64,000 nt of DNA from contig JAUPSS010000004.1 in the NCBI GenBank assembly GCA_040285825.1, positions 6,539,784 to 6,603,783 of the forward strand, read 5' to 3'. Below are positions 11,901 through 21,772 of the stretch, piece after piece (positions within the stretch are counted from its first letter, which is position 1; each line of letters opens with the position of its first letter). This stretch comes from Eukaryota sp. TZLM1-RC. Taxonomy: Eukaryota > Protista > Metamonada: BaSk clade. The position numbers and the translations under genes are program-made. The notes under the pieces were generated by a model that ran no database searches, was not told the origin of the DNA, and saw only the letters and a list, made by a program, of their open reading frames with translations.

Positions 11901-14900
11901 GTTTCTGGCACTGGACCATTTGCTTGCTGCAATGTCTGTGTCCTGGTCTGGGGATAAGTTTATTAATCGATTGGCTTTAATTCTCTATCAGAATGGCAAT
12001 GATCACCATTTACTTTCTTTTATTTGGATGACATTACTTCAACCTCAAGTTGAAAATTCTCCTATAAAGCAGTCATTACTTAATTACCATCAGAATTTCC
12101 ACATTCCAGCAGTGTCTTTTATCCACTATTTCACTAAGCAAAGGAGTGGTCCAGAGCAAGAAGTTGCGATATTAGTCTGTGAATATTTTTTGAATTGGAT
12201 ACGAAGCAGAAAAATTGGTGATGTTCCTAAAAAATATTTTGACCAATTATTTGAATTTTTGGTTGGAACCAGTCTAATTTATGTTAAGCCTCAATCGGCT
12301 ACAAGCAACGAAGTTGATAAAATCGACCATCTTTGGTCTCCGTTTTCAAATATTATGGATTTGTTGACTCAAAATTTAGCTTTTTATAATATTCAAATGG
12401 AAACTTCTTTTTTGGTTTCAATTTCCAAGTTAATTTTGGATCTTTGCCTAAATGAAGTCCAAGATTATGCTGAAGGTGTTGATATTAATTTGATTGAGAA
12501 AATGTTTTCTAAACCAAAAGGAGCCGAGAATTTTAATGTCAATACACTCTTTTCAAGTGCGTTTGTTGGTATTAGATATCTTTATTCATTTCTCTCTTCA
12601 AGTTCTCCCCACTTGGATGATTTGGTGACTTGTTTGGGTTCTTCTTTGGTTGATTCAGTTGGTGGTACTTTGGTTTCTTCATTTGGAACCTTTTCTATCT
12701 TTATAAGTTTGGTTTTATTTGTTTTAAAACTTGTTTTTACAGCAGCAATCTGGAAAAACACTGAATTTTTCATTCAATGGACGTTAAAGCTCTTTCAATC
12801 ATTTGTATCTGTTATAGATTCAAATAATTTTCAAGTTAAAAATTCAATATTTGCTGGTCTTTCTTTTTTATATTCCAACTGCATCAGCTCTTGTAAGTCT
12901 AGGTTGTCAACCAAAGTGACAAGTCAGGATCAGCATCAGGATCAAAAATCGAATGAACTAACTCAGCTAATTTGCACTATGTATTTATTAACCAGTATGT
13001 CTTCAATAGTTGGGGCAGCATTTGGTTTTGTAGATGGCTTTGATTCACTTTTAACTGACGCCTTCAATATTTTGATGATCTCTTTTGACAGCGTCAGATC
13101 TACTAACTCTCACACAACTGATTTGGTTTCCAATCTGGTTCCAATCACTTTGGTCAATCTTTTAAGATTGATTTCGTGGTTTCCGTCAATAGAGTTCTTT
13201 TTATCAAACGTCGAAACCATATTGCGTTTGGATGTTTGCTATGATGTTTTTTCTATCCTGATACCTTGTTTCTGCAGCATTTTAAACGTAGATTTAGCTG
13301 AATCTTGTTTAACAATGATTGATACGTCTTTATTTGAAGTGGTAAATGTTTCAGATACCTTTCAAATACCTTCAATATCAAATTTTGATTATCCACCGGT
13401 CAACTTGTCAGACTGTAGTGATGATCACAAAATTTCAAATGTTGAGCTCATCCTCAGAATTGAATTTAACGTTACTGATAATCCAAAATTAAGTCTCAAT
13501 GTTTCAGCAGTTTTTCATTCAATATTACTTGAATTTATTAGGAAAAACCACTCTCTTAAACAATTTCAATCAATTTTAAAACCTATAGTTTTCTGTTTAT
13601 TTAGATCTCCTTGGAAACTCATTCAAGACAGGGCTTTTGTGTTTGTATCTTGCGAAATTTTCCCCGAATTTTCCAGTTTTGACCAGTTGATCTTTTCTTT
13701 GGACCCCAATCCGCTAATATCGAATATTTCCAGTTCATCTCAAGGTGTTGTCTCTGCAACAACCAATACCACCTCAAGCTACACTGGATCTGGTAGTAGA
13801 AGATTCTACTGGTTTGTGCAGGGTATTCAGCCTTTTTTGAGGTATCTTTTTCAGGAAAATGAATTGTTGGTCCTTAAACTTGGACATTCCACTGATCTTT
13901 TGGCTCTTCAATTGTTCTCTGATGTTGTCAATATTGTGGACACTATTATTTCTGTTGATCCTAGAAAATTCCTTGTTTATTTAGAAGATATTACTTACAA
14001 GTTTCAAATCAACGTGAGAAATGATTCTTTTTATGGTTTTCACCAGCTTTCTCTGACAATAATCACTATGTTGGTTTATAAATGCATGAATTCATTTGAT
14101 ATTTTCCCTTCAGAAGCCTTCTTGGTTCATTTGCTTGATTCTGGTGATTCTATGACATGTTTTTTAATCGGGGAGCAAATGGTTAGTTCTTCAACTTCAC
14201 TTTCTCTGTTACCTCTTATTGCTTCAGCAGCTGGGAATTTCCAAGAACATTCGCTTTCTACAGCTATTCGTTCATTGTTTGTTGATCATTTGGTCAACAG
14301 TATTCCACTTGAATTAGATAGAACTTTAATATTAAAGAGCTTTCAATTTGATCTTTTTGGAGATGTTGAAAAAGCTCATTATACATATTCAGAACTATTA
14401 AAGTTTTTATTAAATACTGATTCAAATTTATTTTCATTTACCTTTCCTTTAATCACTACTCTGACTGAAAAATGGAGTGAAACTGCATGTCAAATGTCTC
14501 GATGGGATTTGATTACTTCATTTGATAACAATCATTTTTTGATTGATCCAACTTTACCTTGCCAAGCTCGTTTAGCTACTGGTAAATGGTCATTATCTGA
14601 CCAAGAATCAAAGTTTTCATCACTGAGAATCTCTCCATTCCATCACTTACATAAGCTGTATTCATCCTTGAATGATACACTTACCACATCTAGTCCTGAT
14701 CAAAGTCTTTCCATCTCTGGAACAAGGAGGCATTCGTTGGAAGAGTTTGGTAGAAGAATCAGCGATGATTCCCAAGAAGTGTTCCATTCTATTTCTGATT
14801 ACGGTGCTTTTCTTAATTATTCTCATTTTAGTTTATCCCAAATGAATTATTTATTACGCTTAACTGATCTTATTAGTGATTCCACTTTTGTCAGTTCTCT

Positions 14901-17253
14901 AGTCGCAAAGATTTCCCCTGTGAGTAGAACTCCAGTTCCAGACCCGTTGGTTTTAAATGAACTAAAAGAATCTCTTTCTCAATGGAGAAGCAATATCAGC
15001 AATCAATCATTATTGATTGATTGTCCAATTCATTCGTCTTTTGTTACTAACACAAGAGTGCAATTCCTGCAGAGATTTTCCCAACTTTGTTCTTCCTATA
15101 CTGAACCTTCGCTGGTTTCACTATCAAGTCTTGCGAACTCAATTAGGAGTACACTTTTGCTACAGTTTGCTGCTTATTTGCGAAAGAATCAATTGCTTGG
15201 ACCAGCTAGTCAAATTCATCAAATTTTGAATCACGATACCAATGTGGATCATTTTTCGGCTGTAAAGAAGACTGTTGAGGAGGTAAAAATTTACTTGGCA
15301 GGTGCTGAAATGTTTTCAAACAATTCTGACAAGCGTAGTGATCTCCTTTCATCAGCTAATGATCTCTTGAAGATGACAAATCTGGATTTGGTTCCATCCT
15401 TTGCCATTTCGGAGGTATCTTTATTGAAAAGTAAATTAACCAATTCTTTATCTGCAAATAATGATGAAGCCTGTCAAATTTTGATAAATAGCCTTTCTCA
15501 AAATTTGACAAGTTTTGACACTTGGTTTGAGCTCGGTATGATCCAATACAGTAATGATCAAAAAATCAACGCTGTCAAGTCCTTATCCAAGGGATTATCT
15601 CTGACCCAATCAATCAAAAATATGGACTCTTCCATCATTTTGTCAATCATTTATGACTGTATAGTTTCCGGTTCTGTTTACGGGTCGTTGTCTTCTGAAG
15701 TCAAGTCTCTTTTGCTGTTAATCGATTGGACCAAGTTTGTGCCGTTTCTGCTATCAAAATTGATTGATGGATGTGATGTTTTTGAATTTTGCAAGGATTT
15801 AGTTGAAAATGGAACTTTTTCTTTGAAATATAGCTTTTGCTCCTCAATTCTTCAAAATTTACGACTTCCCTTTCCACCATCAAGTTTCGAAGACTTACTC
15901 TCCCAAATTCCTTCAGAAGTCCTTGGAAAATTTGTCACCGTGATTGAAACAGCATATCCTTCAATTTTTGACCAGTTTTTGGAATTTTTCCAAGTATTTG
16001 ATAATTCTTTTTTTGATTTTTCTGATGCACATTGCATTCAAATAATTTCTCAACTGAGGGAGTTACTGTTGAATATTTCAAATTTTGATGATCTCTATTC
16101 AACTATTAATGATTTAATTTTGGCACTTTCACAATTAGGTTGCAACTCTGCAGAAGTTGCTCGTATTTCTGAAAAATTGGTTCAAAATTTTGATGTTGAC
16201 TCATTAAATCAATTGATAACTGCAGTCAATCAAAGTTTGATTGAAATTCAAAAACAATCATTCGTTAGGTTGCCAGAATCCTTGGCTGTGTTTAATTTTG
16301 ATTTCCTCAATTACATATTCGAATTAAAACCAAATGCTTCTATTGTTGGAATTAGTTCAAATTATTTCAGACCATTAGTTTTCAATTCAAAACCTAGCAT
16401 CGTTCTCAAATTCGCTGTTAACAATGGTGACTCTGTCTGTATTGCAGTTTCAATGCCCCCCTTCGCTCCTGCCGAGGATGTCAATATAGGTTACATTCAA
16501 AGTAGTTTATCCAGCTTTATTTTAGCTTCCTTTACTTCATTAATTAAGAACAAACCTCGAAGCTTTCAGTTACTATTAACCGACCAATTTGTTTCCCTTG
16601 ATTCTAGTTTTTCATCACTTGACTATGGTTGTGTTGGATTAAGTGGTCCTCTTGATGATGATTCCTTCAAATCTATTCACGACATTGATGCGGGAGAGCC
16701 TTGGGGCAAGTTGTTCAGTGGAGAGGAATTGAGTTTGAAGAGTGTTGAAGAACGTAGCAACAGCAACTACCTGATAGAATATTTGCGAAATTTGTCGTGT
16801 TCAATAGGCACTTTTTGGAATTTCAAAGTCAATTTTTCAAAAAGCATGTCTATTCTGACTGCCTTCTCATTAATTTTTGGTGATTCGCAGCTCCATCCAA
16901 GCAGTTTCTTCATCCACAACAACGGTAGATTTTTCCACTTGCCTATTCTGTCAACAAGTGAATCCCTTCAATCTGAACTTTCTATTCGTTTAACGCCCCC
17001 AATGCTTGAAGTTCTAGGAGTAGCTGGAGCTGATGGATGGTTGAAGCCTGTGTTGGATTTCATAGCAAAGACATTGTTGAAAAGTTCTAGAGCAACCACT
17101 TTGATCAAAATTTTCGAATTGGATTCTCAAAAATTTGTGAACAGTTGTGAAAATTTAGAATGGCGTGATGAAGAGGTCAAATCTACACAAATTCTTGAGG
17201 AATCAGTAGGAAAAAGATCAACATTGAAAAATTCTCTTTTGCCCTGGAGATAG
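5962..17253 (+). CDS. TRA1: TRRAP/Tra1-like PIKK-family pseudokinase (SAGA/NuA4 scaffold)
   Basis: 3763-aa single ORF: long helical/HEAT-like region, FAT-like region, PIKK-like C-terminus (FWNFKVNFSKSM, IRLTPPMLEVLG, FATC-like LLPWR*). Lacks the DRH and DFG catalytic motifs, and its size matches TRRAP. Confidence 0.8.
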   Translation: MTPGTTPLFQQLTAQLDYINKTSNEPEIAAFTKKLDNFLELLYSHYLFDAVNALLTSKLPLLCKTPPESADVLEIQTYFLRFLSRIPLSSSVIVPHISPILSLLSTTLYHPVYPVQMASIDLFRTLNHRNFTSSNLPAEYNNFLNHLIPLSSTHAIFSNPTEEHLTFIAALIKCISQGLLQFIPVFLRGEGVAFNQCTPPVIVTILSFVSNHLTFLNHFLSLEQQLIFSDGAISPSLLKTATRKFFVLSVVFRRLNLIKDTLSKGNLLQSEYGDDVNRIIQSISSRESREVLEKSFRFLLANGSGGASKEFTNGFVQFLPMLFNPDWVPMNLTMLDDLLKFRQSKTFTFPVDSGSHSFLIDSRVRLIKLILDSCSRHRNQLSSNQLLSVFHNSLDLLFSHTLPSSLSIVVCTAIQSVLEPLCSQLCENYLPKDPNTVLIPDFELPRFKYLCLQISVVANSCVLKFKDLIEQVQSIRFYYDSIKKNQSDVLVNDPLIQSIPLSHFPNSGSFHLMLTRSSISYQSSYNEPTPVSNCFTTVKEGLKGYLNERIITIRGIIPRISGLFCLSAKLLSRSIRENSFSHCCFMSNLGSLIAEFLVDLFTILPLAFSELGQDVEPITSNSDILSILQKVGSILFTSLEPSFLFNSILPKLSGLLTICIKHSIFKDFLLEFLDIKRIGPVFSEYILDFLCQSISTEVESFSMNIPVNPLVFNYETLTFTIFFKAFLSRLSPTIWSSTPIDTFTHQLGIGVGMRIVDGDAVDPLAIPLIVRWTPSFICTFSEQIYKHLLNNVNYSPLVMFVLTLFKHWLFHMKPPSQLQINSGVYNHLGDLFINVYSLLLELWYRHSYSLLGFLALDCLINLNTVCFKLCNSEITKYIIESCSITLTVPFPFQKNLLRSCLMFLGYYVDYFGPGNLEKFLIDNSQLVLNLIRLVKKPKAKAFPLTKYAIQLLGKLGVVSRSAISQNDCNFDLINELFPQSVNYGPFTSEAIQSISFDGSFTFKYGKSVLEALKFTTRLFCSVSSYAIFPDFLVSSGFVTVPDPDDVISGLLLTNQYFDWCLGESLSPSIKLILFHCVQISIYSKYIFCSYNSISQIPLSFPFVSPKLDSIFEDEVVTNDTIFTKFKNKLLENSIYSEVFIDALMSISSSRIISASVSSFIVQCFAELNLSDDLISLLLINITQLSKSGDYSKLNSALLMVFSLLKAGDLKEIHFVSICRYLPKILSSFPITCHFVSTNYCFTLKEFFSLLLDRFTHFYPTLEGINPVFAELTLLFTISSSIIRPEVNKFLSELVKSYGKTLTEVLPKHCENLVKFVSEVDASNISQFSSMCMALSRLIDTKSVEVSHPIVCELLPKISARLRPNPNLDSTSHLLSMVEKERLLVLAKSSVIPFTFAATQAVELICSVFIKCDPSMRSFYLSLLFSCVLSSSEYFSFFVLRNVRRVKQNVKFSPELWSPLLKEIEALGILLSQKEFKHPHTTAVFLYRIKLLIPNIRTDYGSLILNKFGQLRQLYEQHSLDYYALASIRSKALSLSKLLSLASFDQNFVQRSFGIVSQLEQMFNLSPLTSKLDTELNQFSLLVLNLCSHIPNQSLMGESLRQYFTPQNLEHAFSICQIFIRILTSPQVIPTSLWTRFDHVRSSLNIKNFSQFLRTELTAPFIQILQVPYSNIPEIEHYTRHLICKIIYLISTQTSNYLNSNFGFVFTIVRNLTWLVEFDPLRPSNPDHFPTLDRSNCINNLVDTLILNINGQMEIDHLLMVCYLSYHYDLKYFVPLRWKILNFSSNLSIDKIIHLSSRLEQLTSDSKISSELAELFSNISPESLFYHCLNGIFVPWMKNQIFDNHSLAFDHPFITTLKHVIINLLSQISNSFATNPIECVVDQQTAIGVELVYSTCLLIKLCDGPLTDLIDLVSTFISSSNTIYHDVSVFAISLHHLKFINIIKNQTGTALSSLFNSTLIYCLASQHQDGANTLPFVRHVLFLALDHLLAAMSVSWSGDKFINRLALILYQNGNDHHLLSFIWMTLLQPQVENSPIKQSLLNYHQNFHIPAVSFIHYFTKQRSGPEQEVAILVCEYFLNWIRSRKIGDVPKKYFDQLFEFLVGTSLIYVKPQSATSNEVDKIDHLWSPFSNIMDLLTQNLAFYNIQMETSFLVSISKLILDLCLNEVQDYAEGVDINLIEKMFSKPKGAENFNVNTLFSSAFVGIRYLYSFLSSSSPHLDDLVTCLGSSLVDSVGGTLVSSFGTFSIFISLVLFVLKLVFTAAIWKNTEFFIQWTLKLFQSFVSVIDSNNFQVKNSIFAGLSFLYSNCISSCKSRLSTKVTSQDQHQDQKSNELTQLICTMYLLTSMSSIVGAAFGFVDGFDSLLTDAFNILMISFDSVRSTNSHTTDLVSNLVPITLVNLLRLISWFPSIEFFLSNVETILRLDVCYDVFSILIPCFCSILNVDLAESCLTMIDTSLFEVVNVSDTFQIPSISNFDYPPVNLSDCSDDHKISNVELILRIEFNVTDNPKLSLNVSAVFHSILLEFIRKNHSLKQFQSILKPIVFCLFRSPWKLIQDRAFVFVSCEIFPEFSSFDQLIFSLDPNPLISNISSSSQGVVSATTNTTSSYTGSGSRRFYWFVQGIQPFLRYLFQENELLVLKLGHSTDLLALQLFSDVVNIVDTIISVDPRKFLVYLEDITYKFQINVRNDSFYGFHQLSLTIITMLVYKCMNSFDIFPSEAFLVHLLDSGDSMTCFLIGEQMVSSSTSLSLLPLIASAAGNFQEHSLSTAIRSLFVDHLVNSIPLELDRTLILKSFQFDLFGDVEKAHYTYSELLKFLLNTDSNLFSFTFPLITTLTEKWSETACQMSRWDLITSFDNNHFLIDPTLPCQARLATGKWSLSDQESKFSSLRISPFHHLHKLYSSLNDTLTTSSPDQSLSISGTRRHSLEEFGRRISDDSQEVFHSISDYGAFLNYSHFSLSQMNYLLRLTDLISDSTFVSSLVAKISPVSRTPVPDPLVLNELKESLSQWRSNISNQSLLIDCPIHSSFVTNTRVQFLQRFSQLCSSYTEPSLVSLSSLANSIRSTLLLQFAAYLRKNQLLGPASQIHQILNHDTNVDHFSAVKKTVEEVKIYLAGAEMFSNNSDKRSDLLSSANDLLKMTNLDLVPSFAISEVSLLKSKLTNSLSANNDEACQILINSLSQNLTSFDTWFELGMIQYSNDQKINAVKSLSKGLSLTQSIKNMDSSIILSIIYDCIVSGSVYGSLSSEVKSLLLLIDWTKFVPFLLSKLIDGCDVFEFCKDLVENGTFSLKYSFCSSILQNLRLPFPPSSFEDLLSQIPSEVLGKFVTVIETAYPSIFDQFLEFFQVFDNSFFDFSDAHCIQIISQLRELLLNISNFDDLYSTINDLILALSQLGCNSAEVARISEKLVQNFDVDSLNQLITAVNQSLIEIQKQSFVRLPESLAVFNFDFLNYIFELKPNASIVGISSNYFRPLVFNSKPSIVLKFAVNNGDSVCIAVSMPPFAPAEDVNIGYIQSSLSSFILASFTSLIKNKPRSFQLLLTDQFVSLDSSFSSLDYGCVGLSGPLDDDSFKSIHDIDAGEPWGKLFSGEELSLKSVEERSNSNYLIEYLRNLSCSIGTFWNFKVNFSKSMSILTAFSLIFGDSQLHPSSFFIHNNGRFFHLPILSTSESLQSELSIRLTPPMLEVLGVAGADGWLKPVLDFIAKTLLKSSRATTLIKIFELDSQKFVNSCENLEWRDEEVKSTQILEESVGKRSTLKNSLLPWR

Positions 17254-17393
17254 AATCAATTTGAGTATTGTTTTGTTCTACATCTTAGATTTGTTCAATT
17301 TTGGTGTTTGGTCTTCTTTATATCAACTGAAATTTCACAAGGTGGCTCATCAATCACTTTGCATTGTACAGTTTTCACATTATTTTTGATATC

Positions 17394-17431
17394 AATAAAT
17401 AAATAAATAAATAATAAATAATAAATAAATA
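17394..17431. repeat. (AAAT)n microsatellite
   Basis: aataaataaataaataaataataaataataaataaata. Confidence 0.8.
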
Positions 17432-18130
17432 CTTTTCTTTGAGTATTTCAGAAAATCTTCAACTTTATCAATCACGTATAAGCACAAATTTAAAAATAAG
17501 TTTATGAATAGGGCATGTATTACTTTCCGTTCTCAATTTCAGTTACGAAGTAATATTGACGAAGTATTGACGGCATCCATAGGTCTTTTAGTTGAACACC
17601 TTAGAGTTGAAGTTTGACTTTTCCAAATGGTGCAAGAATAGACTTTGCACTTTCTAAAACATTCTTTTCTCGAGCAGAACGTACTGTTAATGAAAGAAAA
17701 TGTTAGAGAAAGGGGCTTCTCAAAGGGAGAGTGGTATCTCTGAATTGAATTCACATACGAAATTATTGAATCAATTCAATGTTATTATATTTTTATCATT
17801 ACAGATGATTTAAATGTTGAAGTTATTGATTAAAATGTTTCAAGGTAATTATTCACCACTCGTTGTCTGCCATTGAGTTTTAAGATGAGTTTCTCAAAAG
17901 AGCAATTTGTATAAAACCCAGGTAGGTAATCACTAACTTTAAACCATTTCCACAGTGTGGGTGTCTGACTGATAATCTAAAAGAATTATTAATCATTCTG
18001 AACAGGTTTCAATGAATGGAAGACAAACAAATCCTTCCGTTATATTGGTTTGAATTAGAACTATGTAGTTTGCAATGGGTATTTTGAAATAAATTGACAT
18101 ACGAAAATTGACAAAGCTTTATATACAATT

Positions 18131-19327
18131 CTATAAAAAATTTGGATCAAAAGTTACATCATATGCAGAATTACCCTCTAGATCGTCTAAATAAACAATT
18201 CCATGGCGAATTTCACACCGATTAATCAAAGGACACTGGAGGAGGAGAAGATCATCGTTACCGTCACCATCAAAATCAAAGACTCCAACAGCAGTATAGG
18301 TAGAAGACAAGTCTTCAGCGCTTCCAGAAACTGAAAATGATGATGATCCCTTAATAAGTCTCCAATTATTATAATTTGAATGACCAAAAAACAAAGCATA
18401 GAGTTCATCTCCCAAAGAGATGGTTGTTGAAGAAGAAAACACATTTGATGATGTTCCAAGGTTACTGACTGTCGACCGTGATTGATAATTCAAGTTTCCG
18501 TTATTGTTCATACAAAAAACAACCCTCCTACTAGCAATAAACACTTCTAGCAAATGAGGAGATTCCGATGGGCACAATGGAGATCTTGCAGTGACTTTGT
18601 TTGCTGTTGGACGCACGGCTGTTCCCGTTGATCCTACACTAAATTGGAAATACTGGTCTCCACCACAAGAAGAACTCGTACCTCCTGAAGGCGAGCCATC
18701 CTTCTCCAAGTCCCACAGTATTTGGACCTTGATTGTCATGTGTTGTCTTCGGCCCCAACTACACGAACAACCGTTTTCACCACAGGTTTGCCAAGTATAA
18801 CCAGAGTCTCGATGGTTTCCAGTGACGGCTCCTACCATGACAATATCTGGCTTACCATTGTTATTGAGATCAGCTAACGAAAATGAAACAGCTTGGTGGT
18901 GAGATGCTGAAAAATCTCTGTCAGAACTACAGAGTGTTCTTCTTGTACGTGTCTGGGTCATCCTGAGAGCACTGTGAGTGTAGCTAGGTGAATGTCCTAT
19001 GTTTCTGATCGGATAGAAGCCCTTCCTTCCATGCCAGTCCTTGGTTCCCAGAGCAATGTCGTAGAGGATTTTATAGCGATAAGATACTCTTGAAACGCTA
19101 CGGCTACTACAGGTGATTGAATCGGTAGAAGTGAGGTAAAATACTACAGCATCAGGATGTGGATTATCATCTACGTAACCAATGACGAGATGAGTGGCCC
19201 GTTCCTGGTGTTGATTCTCTAATAAAGGTTCGATAAGATGTGGATTTGAAATAAGAATGGTAGAACTGGCAGAGGCATAGACGAAGGCTATGCAGTGCAG
19301 CAGCAATAGCGGGACAAGGACTTGCAT
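18131..19327 (-). CDS. Secreted FG-GAP/VCBS-repeat protein
   Basis: Hydrophobic signal peptide MQVLVPLLLLHCIAFVYA; two Ca-binding FG-GAP-type motifs, DLNNNGKPDI and DFDGDGNDDL; several cysteines. Confidence 0.7.
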   Translation of the reverse strand: MQVLVPLLLLHCIAFVYASASSTILISNPHLIEPLLENQHQERATHLVIGYVDDNPHPDAVVFYLTSTDSITCSSRSVSRVSYRYKILYDIALGTKDWHGRKGFYPIRNIGHSPSYTHSALRMTQTRTRRTLCSSDRDFSASHHQAVSFSLADLNNNGKPDIVMVGAVTGNHRDSGYTWQTCGENGCSCSWGRRQHMTIKVQILWDLEKDGSPSGGTSSSCGGDQYFQFSVGSTGTAVRPTANKVTARSPLCPSESPHLLEVFIASRRVVFCMNNNGNLNYQSRSTVSNLGTSSNVFSSSTTISLGDELYALFFGHSNYNNWRLIKGSSSFSVSGSAEDLSSTYTAVGVFDFDGDGNDDLLLLQCPLINRCEIRHGIVYLDDLEGNSAYDVTFDPNFL

Positions 19328-19457
19328 CTCGATGGAAGTTGTCCTTGATTATTTGACCTTCGATAAAACTAAAATGCACAATTCGAACTGCTTTTTCACG
19401 AAATATTGTCAAAGCTTCTTGAAAGCTTGGATTTTGATTGGACTACCATACGCTTTT

Positions 19458-19690
19458 TGCCAGATTGTGAAACGATAGTAAAAAGAAGAGCCAACAGAAA
19501 TTTCCACAGATTATTTTGTAAAATAGAATTGTGTTGTTTATTTTTAAGGGGATGTTGAAGTTGGTTTCTGATGATGTGCTTTCGTTTGGATCTCACTATG
19601 AGAGAGTTGCATCTAGTTCTTTTGTTTTGGGAGAGATCTATCATTTAGCTGTTGTTTTATAGGTTTTTAATAAAAAAACTAAAAAACAGT
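19458..19690 (+). mobile_element. 3' stub of RLE non-LTR retrotransposon, subfamily N4
   Basis: Nucleotide similarity to 47275-47460 (CTCACTATGAGA.AGTTGCATCTA.TT.TTTTGTTTTGGGAGAGAT); ends in an A-rich tail. Confidence 0.75.
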
Positions 19691-20699
19691 ATAAATGAAA
19701 CTGTGACACTAAGAAAACAAAAAAAAACTGAAAAATAGCAAATCCGAAACTTCAGGCAAGACAAAACTAATGTCTTAGGTGTTGTGGGTCAAAAGTTGTC
19801 GCTTACGTCATATCTGAGTTACCTGAAAACCGATAACTGAGACTTTTCCATAGAATTAAGTAGAGAAGGAAGATTGTCATATGATAATAGAAGATCGAAG
19901 GTGTATGGCATTGATGGGATTCATTAGAAGATTGTACGTGTGTCCTAGACTAATTTCTTTTAAAGTACAGAACAACTTGTGTCAGAAGAGGTCCCAATAC
20001 AGCAAAACACTTCGGTTTTGGTTGTAATTAATTAATGTCATCAACACCTGGGATAATATAAAAAGGTGAAATCTAGGTGAGGTGAGAAGTGAATCATAGG
20101 GATTATTCAACCCAAAGGATTCCCTCTGTAAGTCAGTGCAAATACAAATGCATTTACCAAACCTATATTGGAAATCCATTCTTCATTACAACTCCAAACA
20201 CTATTGAGCTGCCACATCGTTTAAGATGGACTGATATATTCTTCTACAGAGGTTTTCTGGACTACTCTCTTTTGAGTTCCTCCCTGTCTTCCTTTAGCAC
20301 CCAATGAGGATGTGCTTGTTTCAGGAACTTGCGATTGACAGTTCAATGAATTTTTAAAATCAAATCTAATAATCTTCTTTTGAAGCAAACAAAAACCTAG
20401 TTTTCAATCTCTTCTCTCTGCCATAGACACTTCTATCAACAACAGCAACGGTTGGACTTGAAAATGTCAGAAACCTATTGCAGTGATGCCGATCATTCAT
20501 TGATGACTCATTTACTTACTGTAAACAAGATTTTTGCTTGCCAATAGATTATAATGTTGCACTTTCTAAAGCAAGTTATTTACTGTATTAAAAAACTCAA
20601 CATTAAACTGTGAAATCTATATCTTGATATCCCAAATGAAGAATTGGGCGATTTCATCCACGAATGAGAAAGCAATAGGTCCACAGGAGCCCTGTAACG

Positions 20700-21350
20700 A
20701 GAAGGCAAATGTACAAATGGCAAAATGAGTGTGAAATTCAAGATTCAAAGATCAGAGGCTTGCTGTGTATTTACCATTTTGTAGATTTTTTCGGTAACAA
20801 CTTAATGACATGTTTTTCAGTTTTCAGTATTGTCCAGGATATGGTCAACCTGTTAAAAAATGGTTCTAGTAAAAAGAACAAAAACACCTTTTATTGGATC
20901 TCTAGCAATATAACGTCTATTTGTTAGATTAAACGCAGATACAATTGGATCAGTTTAACGTTGATAACGAAGGCAATAAATACGTATTTGTAATATTAAA
21001 TTCATCTATTATATCCACAATGGTAAAATTGTTTTCAGTTCCTCTAAAAGAACTCATTGTTTTAGAAACCACTGTCACGTTAATGTGGAACGTTTGTGCA
21101 ATATGTGGCATATCCATGTCAGTTCATAGTGATGATGATTCAAAGAATGATGAGTTCAAACTAGGAACTTTTAGAGGAATCTGTAGCTATTGAGATGAGT
21201 ACCTTAACACCTTATTATTCAAAAGCTAATGAAACGTAAACACAGAGAGTTTCACAATATTTGAGGAAATTATTACCATACTTTAACGATTATTGAAATT
21301 GGATCACTTATGACCCCATATTCCAAATATCAATAAATTCGACTAAAGAC
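20700..21350 (+). pseudogene. Degraded LTR-retrotransposon integrase (rve) relic
   Basis: NADTIG / FNVDNEGNKYVFVIL ... GISMSVHSDD ... EF resembles the DDE core of gypsy-type integrases. Multiple stops and frameshifts. Confidence 0.55.
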
Positions 21351-21689
21351 ACAAAAAAAGTTTTTTAAATCATTAAACTTCTTTTTTTATTAATAGTTGT
21401 TTATTAAACAACTAATAAATCAACCAATAAGAAACTAATAAATCAATCACGGTGCACTCACTTCCCACCTCTATTAAAAACATAAGAATAAACTGGGCAC
21501 AGAAATGGTTCAAAGTATTGAGTCAAATAGAAAAAGTTAAATGAGTTGCTGTAGAGCACAACCTGGTAGATCCCCAGTGTGAGTTGTTTTATTAGTATTT
21601 TTTATTGATTTTAAAATTTTAATGAGAAGATATTATTTGAAAATATGGCAATTTGGCTTAAAAAAGCTGAGCAACGTGGGTAAAAAACC

Positions 21690-21766
21690 TAGGTTTAAAA
21701 AAAGCAAAACAGTTTGGTTTTGGTTTGGTTTGGTTTCGAAAAAAAGTGAAACCATTTACACCCCTA
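21690..21766. mobile_element. Probable solo terminal sequence of a hAT-like DNA transposon or MITE
   Basis: Reverse complement reads TAGGGGTGTAAATGGTTTC followed by (AAACC)n subterminal repeats, which resembles hAT ends. No partner TIR was found. Confidence 0.4.
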
Positions 21767-21772
21767 GCAAAA

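Noticed and set aside
17440-17760. Possible old RLE 3' fragment on the minus strand
   Set aside because: Similarity to N2 is too weak to support by eye.
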